Positions 51,790 through 64,000 of a stretch of 64,000 bases of DNA are shown here, piece after piece (position 1 is the first letter of the stretch; every line of letters starts with the position of its first letter). This stretch comes from Squalus acanthias (taxonomy: Eukaryota), in NCBI GenBank assembly GCA_030390025.1, contig JASTWF010000333.1, positions 62,001 through 126,000 of the forward strand, read 5' to 3'. The notes below the pieces were generated by a model. It did not search any database, was not told the origin of the DNA, and worked only from the letters and a program-made list of their open reading frames with translations. The position numbers were made by a program, and so were the translations under genes.

Positions 51790-52298
51790 TTCTTAATGCT
51801 GCCAAGGCAGGTGTCCTGTTGAATAGCTAGGCAGCCTGCAGCATACCTTACAGGAGTGGATGCTCATCCTGCAGGCACGGCCAACATAATAAGGCAAAAC
51901 ATACCTTCAGCACGAGGCCTCCGATCCCCCCACGAGGCCTCCGATCCCCACCATGAGGCCCCGATAGCCTTCTCGGACTCCCCCCTCCAGCCCCGTGCTC
52001 CTCCAGCTGGCCCCGATCCACCATGCCCTCACTCGATGCTCCTCCAGCCCCGATCCTTCGGCCCCAATCCTCTCCCCCGCAATGCTCCTCCAGCAGGCCC
52101 CGATACTCTCACCCCCTCCCCGAAGCTCCTCCGGCCCCGATCCTCGGGCCCTCTGCAGGTGGGAAACAGAGCTTTGAAATGCTAATCAGGCCCTGCTGTT
52201 AAATTCAGCAGGGCCTGCGGGAAACCCATTCTCCCAGGTTTCCTGACCGCTTTCTAGCCCCCCGCCTCCCGACCCGCCACCAGATTAAAATTCTGGCC
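51790..52298. mobile_element. Family C-like TIR element with C-rich CCGATC core (left end unclear)
   Basis: Right end TTAAAATTCTGGCC; subterminal block shared with ~55370-55489. Confidence 0.6.
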
Positions 52299-52543
52299 AT
52301 AGTCTTACAATAGCCACATCATAGTCAGTTATTCCACTCAAATAAACACTTCCCTGTAAGAATGAAGGAACCATGTGTTGACTCTCAGAATATTTCAGTC
52401 AACTGAATAGGTATTTTATGGGGCTCGCTATCTATCTGCAGGTTTAACAGCAGGTTGCACTTCTCTATTTCATTCTGTTGTCCACAATGATATGAAGGGC
52501 CTTACCATCAATTTAAGCCTTTTGACTCACTGATAATGTTTAT

Positions 52544-54298
52544 GGCCGTGATTTTGCCTACCGAGGCGGGTCCGGGGCGGCCGGGGTCGGTGGCGGTGTG
52601 CGACCCCGCTGCTGGCTCCAGCCCGCTCTGGGAAATGATTTTATGCTGATTGGGCTTGTTAAGCCCACCCAGCACGTTTCCTGGCCAATTGAAGGAAGCG
52701 GGTCTGATGATGTCACTTGATGACATGTCATCAGCCAGTTTCCTTAAAGGGACCATGCGCAAATTGATTTTGACAGTTGTGCTGTCAGTGTTCTACAGCA
52801 TTGAGGTGCTGCAAACACTGACAAGCACTGCACAGAGGTGCACGGCTGCACTCAGGCTCTCCCATGACTCCCTCCATATGCTTAGGGAGGTCCTCTTCTT
52901 TTCCAATGGGCAGAAGAGACCTCCCCAGGAGAACAACACAGCCTTGTTGCACATTGCACGGGAGGACACAAGCAGGGATGTTGTCAGGAGGACCAGGCTG
53001 CAGTGGCGCAAACCTTTCAATGATCTCAGTAGATCACAAAACTTTACTGCAAAGCCCCACTCAACCTCATCCTGCTGTGCCACTCATCACATCCCCATCA
53101 CTCTGTCTTCCCTACCCTACTCCTGTACATCTTTACTCACACCAACTTACCTTGCTCCTCTACCCATCCCTCTCTATCTACATTATCACATCCACATCTC
53201 ACTAACCACCCCTCACAGTCACCCTCACCCTCGTCCAATCATACCAAGTAACAACACACAAGGGTAGGCACTTGGGTGTTTTAGCCAATGTTCATGTGAA
53301 GTTTCTGTTAATGTGCTGTCAAACATTGAAATCTTTATTTTCAACACTTTGCGTTCTTGGCCAGATTTGTGTGCACCTTTGGAAGTGGCTTAGTGAGTTG
53401 CAGTGACTGGTGAGACATAAGGGTACCCACACCCCCCCCCACCCCACCCCCACCCCCGCAATTGTGATGAGTGTGAAAGGAATGGCTTGGACATTATAGG
53501 GATGTTTTATGGTGTTGGTGTGGGGTGGTGCCAACCTGGTGCATCATGTGGCTGCCAGGGTGTGCAGTGTCAAGTGAAGTAAATCTGGCTATGGTGGGGC
53601 CATCCCTGGCATCCCGGGCAGCAATGTGGTCAAGTGCTGATGCCCTGTGTCCTGTGCAGCATCAGGTGATTGTGGAGAAGGTTGGTGTTGATGTTGGTGC
53701 TGCTGGTGTGCCTGGTGCTGCTGGTGTTGGAGCTGATTGTGGTGGGATTCTGAGGACCAAGGTGAGATAGTTTTAAGGGCACCGATGCTGATGGAATAGA
53801 TGGCAGATGAGGTTGAGATAACAGAAGCGATCTGTCAGTGGTGAGAGAGGTTGTTTAAATGAGGTGACACTGGATAGAGAGTTTGCTCCAAACACTTGCT
53901 AGCTGCATAAAGCTCAATCTGTCTTCCAAATGCAGTAAGCAACAGCATCTAACATTGGAAAGTGACCTATGAAATGGGAGCTTTTATACACCATTTGCAG
54001 CTGTCAAGTTAAGAAATCATCCCATGCAGACGCAACACCCGACCTCCTTACCTGACGTGATCCCCGAGCAGCAGGGAAGCCGTAGGCGAACTCTTAAAAT
54101 AGTTTAACAAGCTCTTAATAATCTAAATTGCCTCCCCTGCTGCTTGGTGTCGGGTCTGTTCAGCGACGAAAGACCCGATATCTGGGAGACTAGTGTGGAG
54201 GTGGGTTGACAGTGGGTTCCCAACCTGCTGTCAACATTTTTTTTTCCCCAGCCAGCCCACCACCAAACGCACCTGCTGACCCCTGAAAAAATCCCCCC
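52544..54298 (+). mobile_element. Non-autonomous Harbinger, family D (1.75 kb)
   Basis: Left TIR GGCCGTGATTTTGC, degenerate right end AAAAAATCCCCCC, TSD TAT; Myb relic ORF 52650-53267. Confidence 0.88.
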
Positions 54299-54384
54299 TA
54301 TGATTCTGCTTGGGTACAATCCACCACAACAGCACTCTAGGAAAACCTGAAGTGCCATCAAACTTTTGTTGTTTGGCTACCAAT

Positions 54385-55489
54385 GGGTGGAATTTTAACC
54401 TAAAAAATCGTGTGGGTTTAGAGCGTGGGGTTAGTTAAATTATTAAAAATGTGAATCCTGACCTGAACCCATCTCCAACACGCCCACTTCCGGTTTTAAC
54501 GGAGGCGGGACGGGGGCGGGCCGGGTCAGGCAACCAACCCACTCCCAGGAGGTGGATCTTCAATTTAAATATTACAATGAGGTTGGAAAGCTCTTTTTTA
54601 ACCACCATTCTGTTTTTAACTGCATGTGGACGGGTTTCACACAATTTGTGAAACCGGGCAGTTACAGCAAGACGGGGACTGTTGGATCGAGGAGGTAAGT
54701 GGCTTTATACCTACCTTCTGGATCCAGGGTCCCTACTTAACCCACTCGCCGAGATCGGAGACCCCCTCATGAGACCTTCGATCGCCTTCCTGGACCCCCT
54801 CCCACGATCATCTTCAGGCCGGCCCCGATCTTCCATTCCCCCCCTCCCCCCCAGCCAATCAGCATCAGGCCGGCCATGATCCTCCGGTGGCCGCCCCCGA
54901 AGTTTTCTTCCCTCCCTCCACCCCCCACACTGATGATCTTGAGGCCAGCCACAATCCTCCGCTGGCCGGCCCCGATGTGATGTTTTCTTCCCTCACCCCC
55001 CACCAATGAACTTGAGGCCAGCCACGATCCTCCGGTGGCCGGCCTCAGTCTTCCTCCCCCCGCCACCGCCCCTCCCCAGGTCCCTAGATGGCCGCGATCT
55101 TCTTCCCTCTCCACCACCCCCCCAGTCCCTCGATAGCCATGATCTTTTCTTCTCCCCCGCCGCCCCCCCCCCCACCCCCCGCACCCCTGTCCCTTGATGG
55201 CTTTGATCTTCTTCCCTCCTCCCACCCCCCTGCCTCCCAGAGGCCGGCTCCAACCTCCATGCGATCCCTCCCTCCCTCCTCTGTGCGGCCTAGTGTCACA
55301 GGCCTACCCGCCCGCAGCCAGCCAGCCTTTGAGACTGGCTAGCTGCAGGCGGGAAACCGAGGCTTCAGATGCAAATCAGGCCCTACCGTTAAACTCGGCA
55401 GAGTCTGTGGGAATCCCGTTCTCCTGGGTTTCCCGACCGCATCGGAGACTCCCCGCTCCCAACCCGCCTCCCCCATTAAAATCCAGCCC
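54385..55489. mobile_element. Family C TIR element with C-rich core
   Basis: TIRs GGGTGGAATTTTAA / TTAAAATCCAGCCC; flanks AAT/TAT. Confidence 0.75.
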
Positions 55490-55799
55490 TATAGCTCTAC
55501 AATTTTTGAGAAATGGATGAGCTTGTCAGCACTCAGGGACAGTGCATCTGTGAGCTCTTGAGGGCAGATGGACAAGGTGCCTTGACCAATATCACTGTAA
55601 TCTCTCCGTGCCTTTCCTTGTAGCAAAAGGAAAAGGAAAAAATGATTGCTATGACTGACAACACTACAGGAAGAGCAGTGGAAATTATGGAGATACCTTC
55701 TGAATCTAGGGCCAGCAATTGCATTAATGCAAAATAATATATCATTGGTTATAAAAACTTCTGCGTGGAAATGATTTTCTAAATACATTCCTCTGTCGT

Positions 55800-56730
55800 T
55801 GTAATGAGGCTGGAAGCCTCTATTTTCCCCTCCATTTTGTTTTTAACTGCCTATGGACGGGTTTCACACAATTTGTGAAACCCGCCAGTTAAACTGAGGT
55901 GGGGACTGCAGCATCCAGGAGGGCCCCTGCCTAACCCACCCCTCGCGATCGGAAACCCCACCACAAGGCCTCCGATCGCCTTCCCAGGCCTCCCACCCAC
56001 CCCCAGGCCTCCCCCCAACGGTGATGATGAGGCCGGCCACAATCCTCCAATGGGCGGCCCGATCCTCCGGCCCTCCTGCCGATCCTCCGACCCCACCCTC
56101 CGGCGATCTCCGATCCCCGATCCCCCTCCACGATCCCCGCTTGCCTGCCAATCCCCGACCACCCCACCATCGCTTGCCGATCCCCTCCTGATCCTGCAAC
56201 CCACCCCAATCCTCTCTTCCCCCCTCCCGATCGCTGACCCCCCCCCCCTCCCGATACCAACTCCAATCCCTGGCTGTCCCCACCACCCCAATCGCCGAAA
56301 CAGCCCCAATCCCCAGATCGCTGACCCACCGCCTCCCGATACCAACCCCGATCCCTGGCCGAACCCCCCTCCCGCCAATCCCAACCCTCCTCCCGATCCC
56401 GACACCCTCCCGCCGAACCCCGCCCCCCCCACCCCGCCCCCCGCGATCCCTCCCCCGGACCAACCCCTCGCAACTGAGGCCTACCCGTCCACAGCCAGCC
56501 AGCTGGCTGCGGGCGGGAATCTAAGGCCTCGCATTCAAATTAGGCCTTGCCGGTAAAATTGGCAGGGCCTGTGGGAAACCCGGTCTGAAAACACATATGC
56601 CTGTTCTGCACCCCGCCTGATTTTCCTTTCCATTGAAGTCAACGGAAAGAAAAATGGGGCGGGGAGTAGAACGGTCGGCCGATCCGATACCGGCAGTTTT
56701 ATGCACACGCCGAAGTTGCAAGTTTTGCCC
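55800..56730. mobile_element. Family C element lacking its left end, with expanded CCGATC/C-run core
   Basis: ~55804-55890 is homologous to ~54577-54665 (ggacgggtttcacacaatttgtgaaac); right end AAGTTTTGCCC. Confidence 0.65.
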
Positions 56731-57514
56731 TTGCACTTTGTTTCTCTCTGCATACTTTCTTAACAGATAAAAACGCCTTTCAAAACCGTTACGTGCTGTG
56801 AGCAGGCAGTTATAGATGTCATGTGCTGACAGGCCCTGTCTGTCCTGGGAACACTGAAGTTTGTGATGATAATGTTCCCAGTTTGTGCAAAAGTAATCCC
56901 ATACTTTCATTGTGCGAACGATTTTCATTTTCATCAGGTGATGTTAGTGCCCTGCCGCAAATCATAACCATAAGGCCACGATCCCACATTCCTGGCAGGG
57001 ATGTGGCACTCAGTGGAAGTGCAGATCAGGGATCAGGCTCCAACACGAGAGCTTGTGACTGCAGCATCGAGACGTTACTCCAGCATGTTTTGACATTGAA
57101 ACAACAATATGCACAACAGTGCCCATGTGCTCTTCATGTGCCGCCTTCTTTTCATAGAAAGACCAAGTAAAAATGGGTAAATCATCAGGTATCTTTGTTT
57201 CCACAATCATACCTTTGAGTAAATAACAGTAAGTGCTGGAAATGCACAGCAAGTCAGTTCGATTGTGAAAGAACAAAGGCAGGTTGCTGATTTGGGTTGG
57301 AACTGTGGTTCACATTTCCAGCATTCAGTTTTTCTTTTTATCGCTAAATAACTTTGCAGAAACATGCCATGCTGCTGCACTTGGAGAACTGAAAGCCTCC
57401 AGAATTCTGAAGCCCTCCAGAATTCTGAAACATGACAGGGGCCTGTACAGAGCTCGCATCAGTATCAATTTTTGCAAGCTTTTCTTTTCTACTAGCTGTA
57501 AGGCAATAAATGAC

Positions 57515-59176
57515 TTTTTAAAAATTCGTTTATGGGATCAGGGCATCGCTGGCAATGCCAGCATTTATTGCCCATCCCTAGTTGCCCTTGAGAAGGTGGT
57601 GGTGAGCCGCCTTCTTGAACCGCTGCAGTCCGTGTGGTGAAGGTACTCCCACAGTGCTGTTAAGTAGGGAGTTGCAGGATTTTGACCCAGCGACGATGAA
57701 GGATCGGCGATATACTTCTAAGTCAGGATAGTGTGTGACTTGGAGGGGAACTTGCAGGTGGTGGTGTTCCCCTGTGCCTGCTGCCCTTGTCCTTCTAGGT
57801 AGAAGAGGTCGCGGGTTTGGGAGGTGCTGCCAAAGAAGCCTTGGCAAGTTGCTGCAGTGCATCTTGTAGATGGTACACACTGCAGCCACGGTACGCCGGT
57901 GGTGGAGGGAGTGAATGTTTAAGGTGGTGGATGGGGTGCCAATCAAGCGGGCTGCTTTGTCCTGGATGGTGTTGCGCTTCTTCAGTGTTGTTGGAGCTGC
58001 ATTCATCCAGGCAAGTGGAGAGTATTTCATCACACTCCTTACTTGTGCCTTGTAGATGGTGAAAAGGCTTTGGGGAGTCAGGAGGTGAGACACTCACCGC
58101 AGAATACCTAGCCTCTGACCTGCTTTTGTTGCCACGGTATTTATGTGGCTGGTCCAGTTAAGTTTCTGGTCAATGGTGACCCCCAGGATGTTGATGGTGG
58201 GAGATTCAGCGATGGTAATGCCGTTGAATGTCAAGGGGAGGTGGTTAGACTCTTGCTTGTTGGAGATAGTCATTGCCTGGCACATCTGTGGCGCGAATGT
58301 TACCTGCCACTTATCAGCCCAAGCCTGAATGTCGTCCTGGTCTTGTTGCATGCGGGCATGGACTGCTTCATTATCTGAGGAGTTGCGAATGGCACTGAAC
58401 ATTGTGCAGTCATCAGCGAACATCCCCACTTCTGACCTTATGTTGGAAGGAAGGTCATTGATGAAGCAGCTGAAGATGGTTGGGCCTAGGACACTGCCCT
58501 GAGGAACTCCTGCAGCGATGTCCTGGGGCTGTGATGATTGACCTCCAACAACCACAACCATCTTCCTTTCTGCTAGGTATGACTCCAGCCAGTGCAGCGT
58601 TTTCTCCCTGATTCCCATTGACTTCAGTTTTACTAGGGTTCCTTGATGCCACACTCTGTCAAATGCTGCCTTGATGTCAAGGGCAGTCTCTCTCACCTCA
58701 CCTCTGGAATTCAGCTCCTTTGTCCATGTTTGGACCAAGGCTGTAATGAGGTTGGGAGCCAAGTGGTCTTGGCGGAATCCAAACTGGGCATCCGTGAGCA
58801 GGTTATTGGTGAGTAAGTGCCGCTTGATAGCACTGTCGATGACACCTTCCATCACTTTGCTGATGATTGAGAGTAGACTGATGGGGCGGTAATTGGCCGG
58901 GTTGGATTTGTCCTGCTATTTGTGGACAGGACATATATGGGCAGTTTTCCACATTGTCGGATAGATGCCAGTGTTGTAGCTGTACTGGAACAGCTTGGCT
59001 AGAGGCACGGCTAGTTCTGGAACACAAGTCTTTAGCACGATAGCCGGGATGTTGTCGGGGCCCGTAGCCTTTGCTGTATCCAGTGCGCTCAGCCGTTTCT
59101 TGATATCACATGGAGTGAATCGAATTGGCTGAAGACTGGCTTCTGTGATGGTGGGGACCTCGGGAGTAGGCCGATA
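57515..59176 (-). mobile_element. 5'-truncated family B LINE
   Basis: RT ORFs 58094-58855 and 57578-58093 are near-identical to 15282-16769. Confidence 0.92.
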
Positions 59177-59254
59177 TGCTGCTGGAAATATTACCGGTTC
59201 GACATTCAGCCTATTTATATGATATTACTCTCCCCACTATTTTAGTCGAGGTGT

Positions 59255-59555
59255 TACATAAAATTACATAGAATTTACAGCACAGCAACAGGCCATTCGG
59301 CCCAACTGGTCTGTGCTGGTGTTTATGCTGCACATGAGCCTCCCCTCACCCTACTTCATCTAACCCGATCAGCATGTCCTTCTATTCCTTTTCCCTCATG
59401 TACTTATCTAGCTTCCCCTTAAAGGCATCTATGCTACTCGCCTCAACCACTCCATGTGGTAGCAAGTGCCATATTCTAACCATCCTCTGGGTAAAGACAT
59501 TTCTCCTGAATTCTTTATTGGATTTATTAGTGACTATCATATATTCATGGCCCCC
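59255..59555 (-). mobile_element. CR1 3' end fragment
   Basis: Homologous to ~27958-28250. Confidence 0.8.
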
Positions 59556-59897
59556 AATGTTAACCTGTTTATTTTAACGGTGTACTGCCTGAGCTAAAAT
59601 AGCAGACAGAGGATTGCTTACACATGCGTTAGGAGTGTGTCAGCTAATATCAGAAGCAGTAATTTCTAGTCTGTAGTTCAAACAATATTTTTCTTCCTAA
59701 GTTAGCTTTTGGCGATGATGCATGCGACAGAGGGCACACGAGCCTTGCTTCTCTGTAACTTACCTATCCGAACTGTGACTTGCTTAGTTCTAGTTCTAGA
59801 TATTAGTCTGTGAAAAGTATGTAACCTATTTCTGTAATGTACCAGTGGTATTTAAGAAAACAATTGAAGTTGAAGATTTGTTTTAATTCTTTTTCAG

Positions 59898-59999
59898 GGC
59901 TTGACCATTGAACGACTCGGCCGACGGTCCCTTCTCATCAGTGGATTTAGTTTCATGTCACTGTTCTTTGGGCTACTCACAATTTCGCTTAATCTACAG
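59898..59999 (+). CDS. SLC2A9: Internal exon (102 bp, phase 0/0) of class II facilitated glucose/urate transporter GLUT9
   Basis: ttttcag|[34 protein letters not shown]|gtaaat; contains the sugar-porter GRR motif and resembles GLUT9 [34 protein letters not shown] (recalled). A paralogue is not excluded. Confidence 0.88.
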
Positions 60000-60597
60000 G
60001 TAAATAAATTCAAATATCACCTTTATCAAACCCTGGCTGTCTCCACAACTTTCCTATTGGATCTTCTCATTCGTATTCCATTGCTCTCTCTTGTACTTTG
60101 AAGGTGTTTATTTCACCTTTGTCTTCCTGATCCCCTTTTCATCTTCCTGATTAAGATGACCTTTGAATGGTATACAGCTCGTTACACCTCTTTCCTGCTT
60201 TACAGGCTATTAACGCCCATTAGGTGACTATGTCAATGTTAGCATATTTGTACTCTTGATTTCCAGCCCTTGTCTAAAACTGCCAAGGTTTTGTGTCAGT
60301 CCAAAAAAGGCGTCTCCTCCTGCCCTTTCTAGTTGAATGAAGGGTCTCATCTGAAAATGAGCTGGTAACTGACCTGATGTGAATTTTAGCATTTTTAAAA
60401 AAGAAATAAATTTCAGATTATCAGCATTCACATTTTTTAAATCTTGCCTTGATCACTGCTATTGGATAATATACTGTGTATAATGTATAATCCAACACAT
60501 AAGATGGCAGCAACTATAATCTAGTGTTTTTCATAACTGACTTAGGTATGTCAGAAAATGTAGGAAAGGTGTGTACAGAGTTGTATACCATGCAAAG

Positions 60598-61575
60598 GAG
60601 GTCGAACTCCAAACCATCGTTAACACCTTCACCGAAGCGTAAGAGAACATGGGCCTTACTCTAAACATCTGTAAGACAAAGGTCCTCTACCAACCTGCCC
60701 GCCCCCGCACCACACAGTACTGCCCCCCAATTATCAAAATCCACGACAAGGCCTTGGACAACATGGACCACTTTCCATACCTCGGGAGTCTACTGTCAAC
60801 AAGGGCAGACGTCGATGACGAAATCCAACACTGCCTTCAGTGTGCCAGTGCAGCCTTCGTTCGCCTGAGGAAGAGAGTGTTTGAAGACCAGGACCTCAAA
60901 CCCGGCACCAAGTTCATGGTCTACAGAGCAGCAGTGATACCCGCCCTCCTGTATGCCTCAGGGACATGGACCATGTACAGCAGGCACCTCAAAGCACTGG
61001 AGAGGTACCACCAATGCTGCCTCCGCAAGATACTGCAAATCCATTGGCAGGATAGGCGCACCAACATCAGAGTTCTCGCTCAGGCCAACATCCCCAGCAT
61101 CGAAGCTTTGACCACGCTCGATCAGCTCCGATGGACGGGTCACATTGTCCGCATGCCCGATACGAGACTCCCAAAACAAGCGCTCTACTTGGAGCTCCGA
61201 CACGGCAAGAGAGCCCCAGGTGGGCAGAGGAAATGCTTCAAGGACACCCGCAAAGCTTCCTTGAAAAAGTGCTACATCCCCACCGACACCTGGGAATCCC
61301 TGACCCAAGACCGCACAAAGTGGAAGAGAAGCATCCGGGAAGGCGCCGAATACCTTGAGTCTCTTCGCCGGGAGCAAGCGGAAGCTAAGCGCAAACAGCG
61401 GAAGGAGCGCACGTCAACCCAAGCACCCCACCCACCCGCCCCTTCAACCACTGTCTGCCCCACCTGTGACAGAGACTGTAGGTCCCGCATTGGACTCATC
61501 GGTCACCTGAGAACTCATTTTTAATGTGGAAGCAAGTCATCCTCGGTTCCGAGGGACTGCCTAAGAAGATAAGAA
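60598..61575 (+). mobile_element. RTE-clade LINE 3' fragment
   Basis: ORF 60649-61524: GLTLNICKTKV, FPYLGS, QLRWTGHIVRM..RLPKQ, terminal CxxC-H motif; short 3' UTR and (aag)n-type tail. Confidence 0.9.
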
Positions 61576-62273
61576 GGATATTAGTCAAGCATGTGAAAAG
61601 GAATCAAACAGACAAAATATTATGCCTGAAAAACTCGAGCAAAGCTAAACAATATTTCTTATACTGCAATGATTTTAAGTTTATTGTGCAGACCTTCCAC
61701 ATTCGTTACATTATATTGTTATGTAGCAGTGCTTTCATGCTTGATCTATATAGCAGTTTTATCAAAATATGTCAAAGAACCATTGCTTCAGAATCATTAG
61801 GGCCAAGCCCCTTTCGCCGGACAACCTTACATATTTATGATAATTGGAGAATCTGAAAATAATTCCTAGATTTTTTTGATAGTAATGATGAATATTCCAA
61901 ATCTACAGTTCAGACTAATTTCATGCTCTATGTCGCTAGGAATTGTGGGCAGGTGCACATCACTAAGCATTCACTGAAAATGCTGACTCTGTTTCTCTCT
62001 CCACGGATGCTGCCTGGCCTGCTGAGTGTTTCCAGCATTTTCTGTTTTTGTTTCGGATTCCAGCATCCGCAGTATTTTGCTATTGTACTGAGCATTCACT
62101 GTTACTGTGAGAATTTGACACATGACATTCTTCTTGCATATACTGGTTGCTTTAAAAAATATATATCTTCGTTAAATGGTAAAATGTTATGATATCATCA
62201 GGAGAACTTTCTTGTACATTTTACTGAGTTTAACAATGTTGCCCCATTGAACCATTCCAGAAACTGCAACTTT

Positions 62274-63093
62274 GGGGGTGATTTTGCCAGCCCTGGGGAG
62301 GCGGGTATGGAGGTGGGACTGCCGGGAAAATGGCAGAATTTGGGGGCGGGTGCCCAACCCGCCCCCAACCCACCTCCATGCCATCTTACCAGGAGGTGGG
62401 TAGCCGGCCCGCGCTGGGTCCCGTCTCCTTGGAGGCGGGAAGCGATTAAAGCCACTTAACTGCCTGTTAACAGGTAGTTATCAGGCAGAAAATAGGATCA
62501 TCCCCTTTTTGCCCACACAAATGCAGGCTTCCCGAAGGCTCCGAAACCCGCCAGGTCAGCGAGACGAGAAGTGGGTCTGCGGGGGTCGGAGGGGTCCAAA
62601 AGTGTGCTGTGGAGGTGAGTGATGGGTGCAAGTGTGGAGAGGTGAGTATCTGAGGTAAGTGCAAAGTGTTAGAAAAAGTGTACTTACCTTTGTTTCTTCC
62701 TGCAGGCTTCAATCATTGGGTATGCAGAGAGTCTCGCACTTCCGCGGTAGAGATGACAGATGGCTGTTGTATTCTCCAATGCAACAACCATCTCACTTCT
62801 GCAAAAGAAAGATGTTTGATGAGGTCTTGAATTCAAGACCTCATCAAACTACAGAGAATGTCACTCTTTGACAGCTTCACAGAGTCAAAGATTTTTGACA
62901 GATGAAACGTCATACATTGACGTTCTCTGCAACCGGCTTTCCTTTAATTGGCCTGCTAAGCCTGCTGGGCGGGCTTAACAAGGTCAATCAAGGGAAAATA
63001 GCGTGGGTTGGCCAGAAGTTGATGGAGGCGGGACTGAAACCTGACAAGTGGGAGTCCCGCCTCCAAAAGCTCCCCATTGGCAAAATCACCCCC
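62274..63093. mobile_element. Harbinger-derived MITE, family M2 (820 bp)
   Basis: Perfect 16-bp TIR GGGGGTGATTTTGCCA / TGGCAAAATCACCCCC; flanks TTT/TAT. Confidence 0.92.
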
Positions 63094-63918
63094 TATAAAG
63101 TACTAGAAGGTTAAATATGGCGAACATAAAATTCAGTACATGAATTGCTGCTTCTTGCAAGTTAGGACCATGATTCATACATCAACGTAATGAAGACATT
63201 TCAATGATTCAGGGCATATAATTGTTGCTGTTACTTTTACACTGACAGTAGATTTCAAAATGCAATTGAAATAACTGTCTATTAATCAATTCATAAATTT
63301 CCATGGCAATTCAGGAGACTTGAGGAAATACATAAGGAGTAGTCTAGTAAGAGGAATAAATAGAGGGAAAAGGTGAAGAATTATTCTTAAAGTTGTCAGA
63401 ACAAAAGTTAACAATGCAATGACAGCCACTGCACTACCCCAGAGACCTTGTGTGTTTATGAACTATCTCCATTGCTAGAAAGTACAAAAAGGGCTCTGGA
63501 CTCTGAAAGTTTAATATATTGAGAACTTCTTTGCCAATTATTTTTTTTCAAACATAACTCAAAAGAAATGACTCCTTTACGCGCTGTAACCTTTCCTCCA
63601 AGATGCTCTCTACAATAGGGCTGCTTGACTGATGCACAGCTGCTTTTTTCAATGACGCAAACCCCAGTAAGTCTTGCTCCGACTTTTCTCAAAGTGATAA
63701 ATATCATCCAGACTTTCCTGAACAATGTATGCTTATAATAGGCATTAGACCTGTTGTAATACCAGTGTTTAACAGTACTGAGTGTCAGTGTTCTTGATTT
63801 GAAGGTATGTTGCACTGTAATCATTTTCTGAAGATTTTAGAAAATTTGTACCATAATATGTGACTGGGATCCTTGACATTGTGATTATATAACTTGGACC
63901 TGTATATTTATTCTACAG

Positions 63919-63994
63919 AACAAAGTTTCCTGGATGTCTTATGTGAGCGTGTTCTCCATTCTTGGTGTAATAGCATCATTCTGCATTGGTCCAG
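63919..63994 (+). CDS. SLC2A9: Next GLUT9 exon (76 bp, phase 0/1)
   Basis: ttctacag|NKVSWMSYVSVFSILGVIASFCIGP-G|gtaaag; in frame with the previous exon; resembles GLUT9 [26 protein letters not shown] (recalled). Confidence 0.88.
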
Positions 63995-64000
63995 GTAAAG

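Noticed and set aside
55851..56556. Gly-rich and Pro-rich ORFs
   Set aside because: Artefacts of the C-rich repeat core.
56939..57090. Acceptor-like site followed by ...SIETLL as a possible GLUT9 exon
   Set aside because: Only a 4-residue match; no WFY motif and no suitable donor.
59901..60101. 66-aa ORF as a stand-alone gene
   Set aside because: It is the 102-bp exon read through the GT donor at 60000 into the intron.

Overview
Vertebrate genomic DNA, most likely a shark or other cartilaginous fish (inferred from the repeat families). Nearly all of it is intron of an SLC2A9 (GLUT9)-like gene on the + strand. Only two host exons are recognisable (59898-59999 and 63919-63994). The rest is nested transposable elements: CR1, L2, RTE and Penelope retroelements, an LF-SINE-like relic, and many PIF/Harbinger transposons (two-gene, Myb-only and MITE forms). 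The most interesting observation is an apparently full-length single-ORF LINE (15219-18460, minus strand). It starts with a tRNA-like A/B-box head, has no TTTT run on its sense strand, and lacks an in-frame ATG, so it may be a Pol III-transcribed protein-coding retrotransposon. Also notable is a ~13 kb inversion reconstructable from split elements. Everything was read by eye; boundaries without a TIR or TSD are approximate, and no searches were run.
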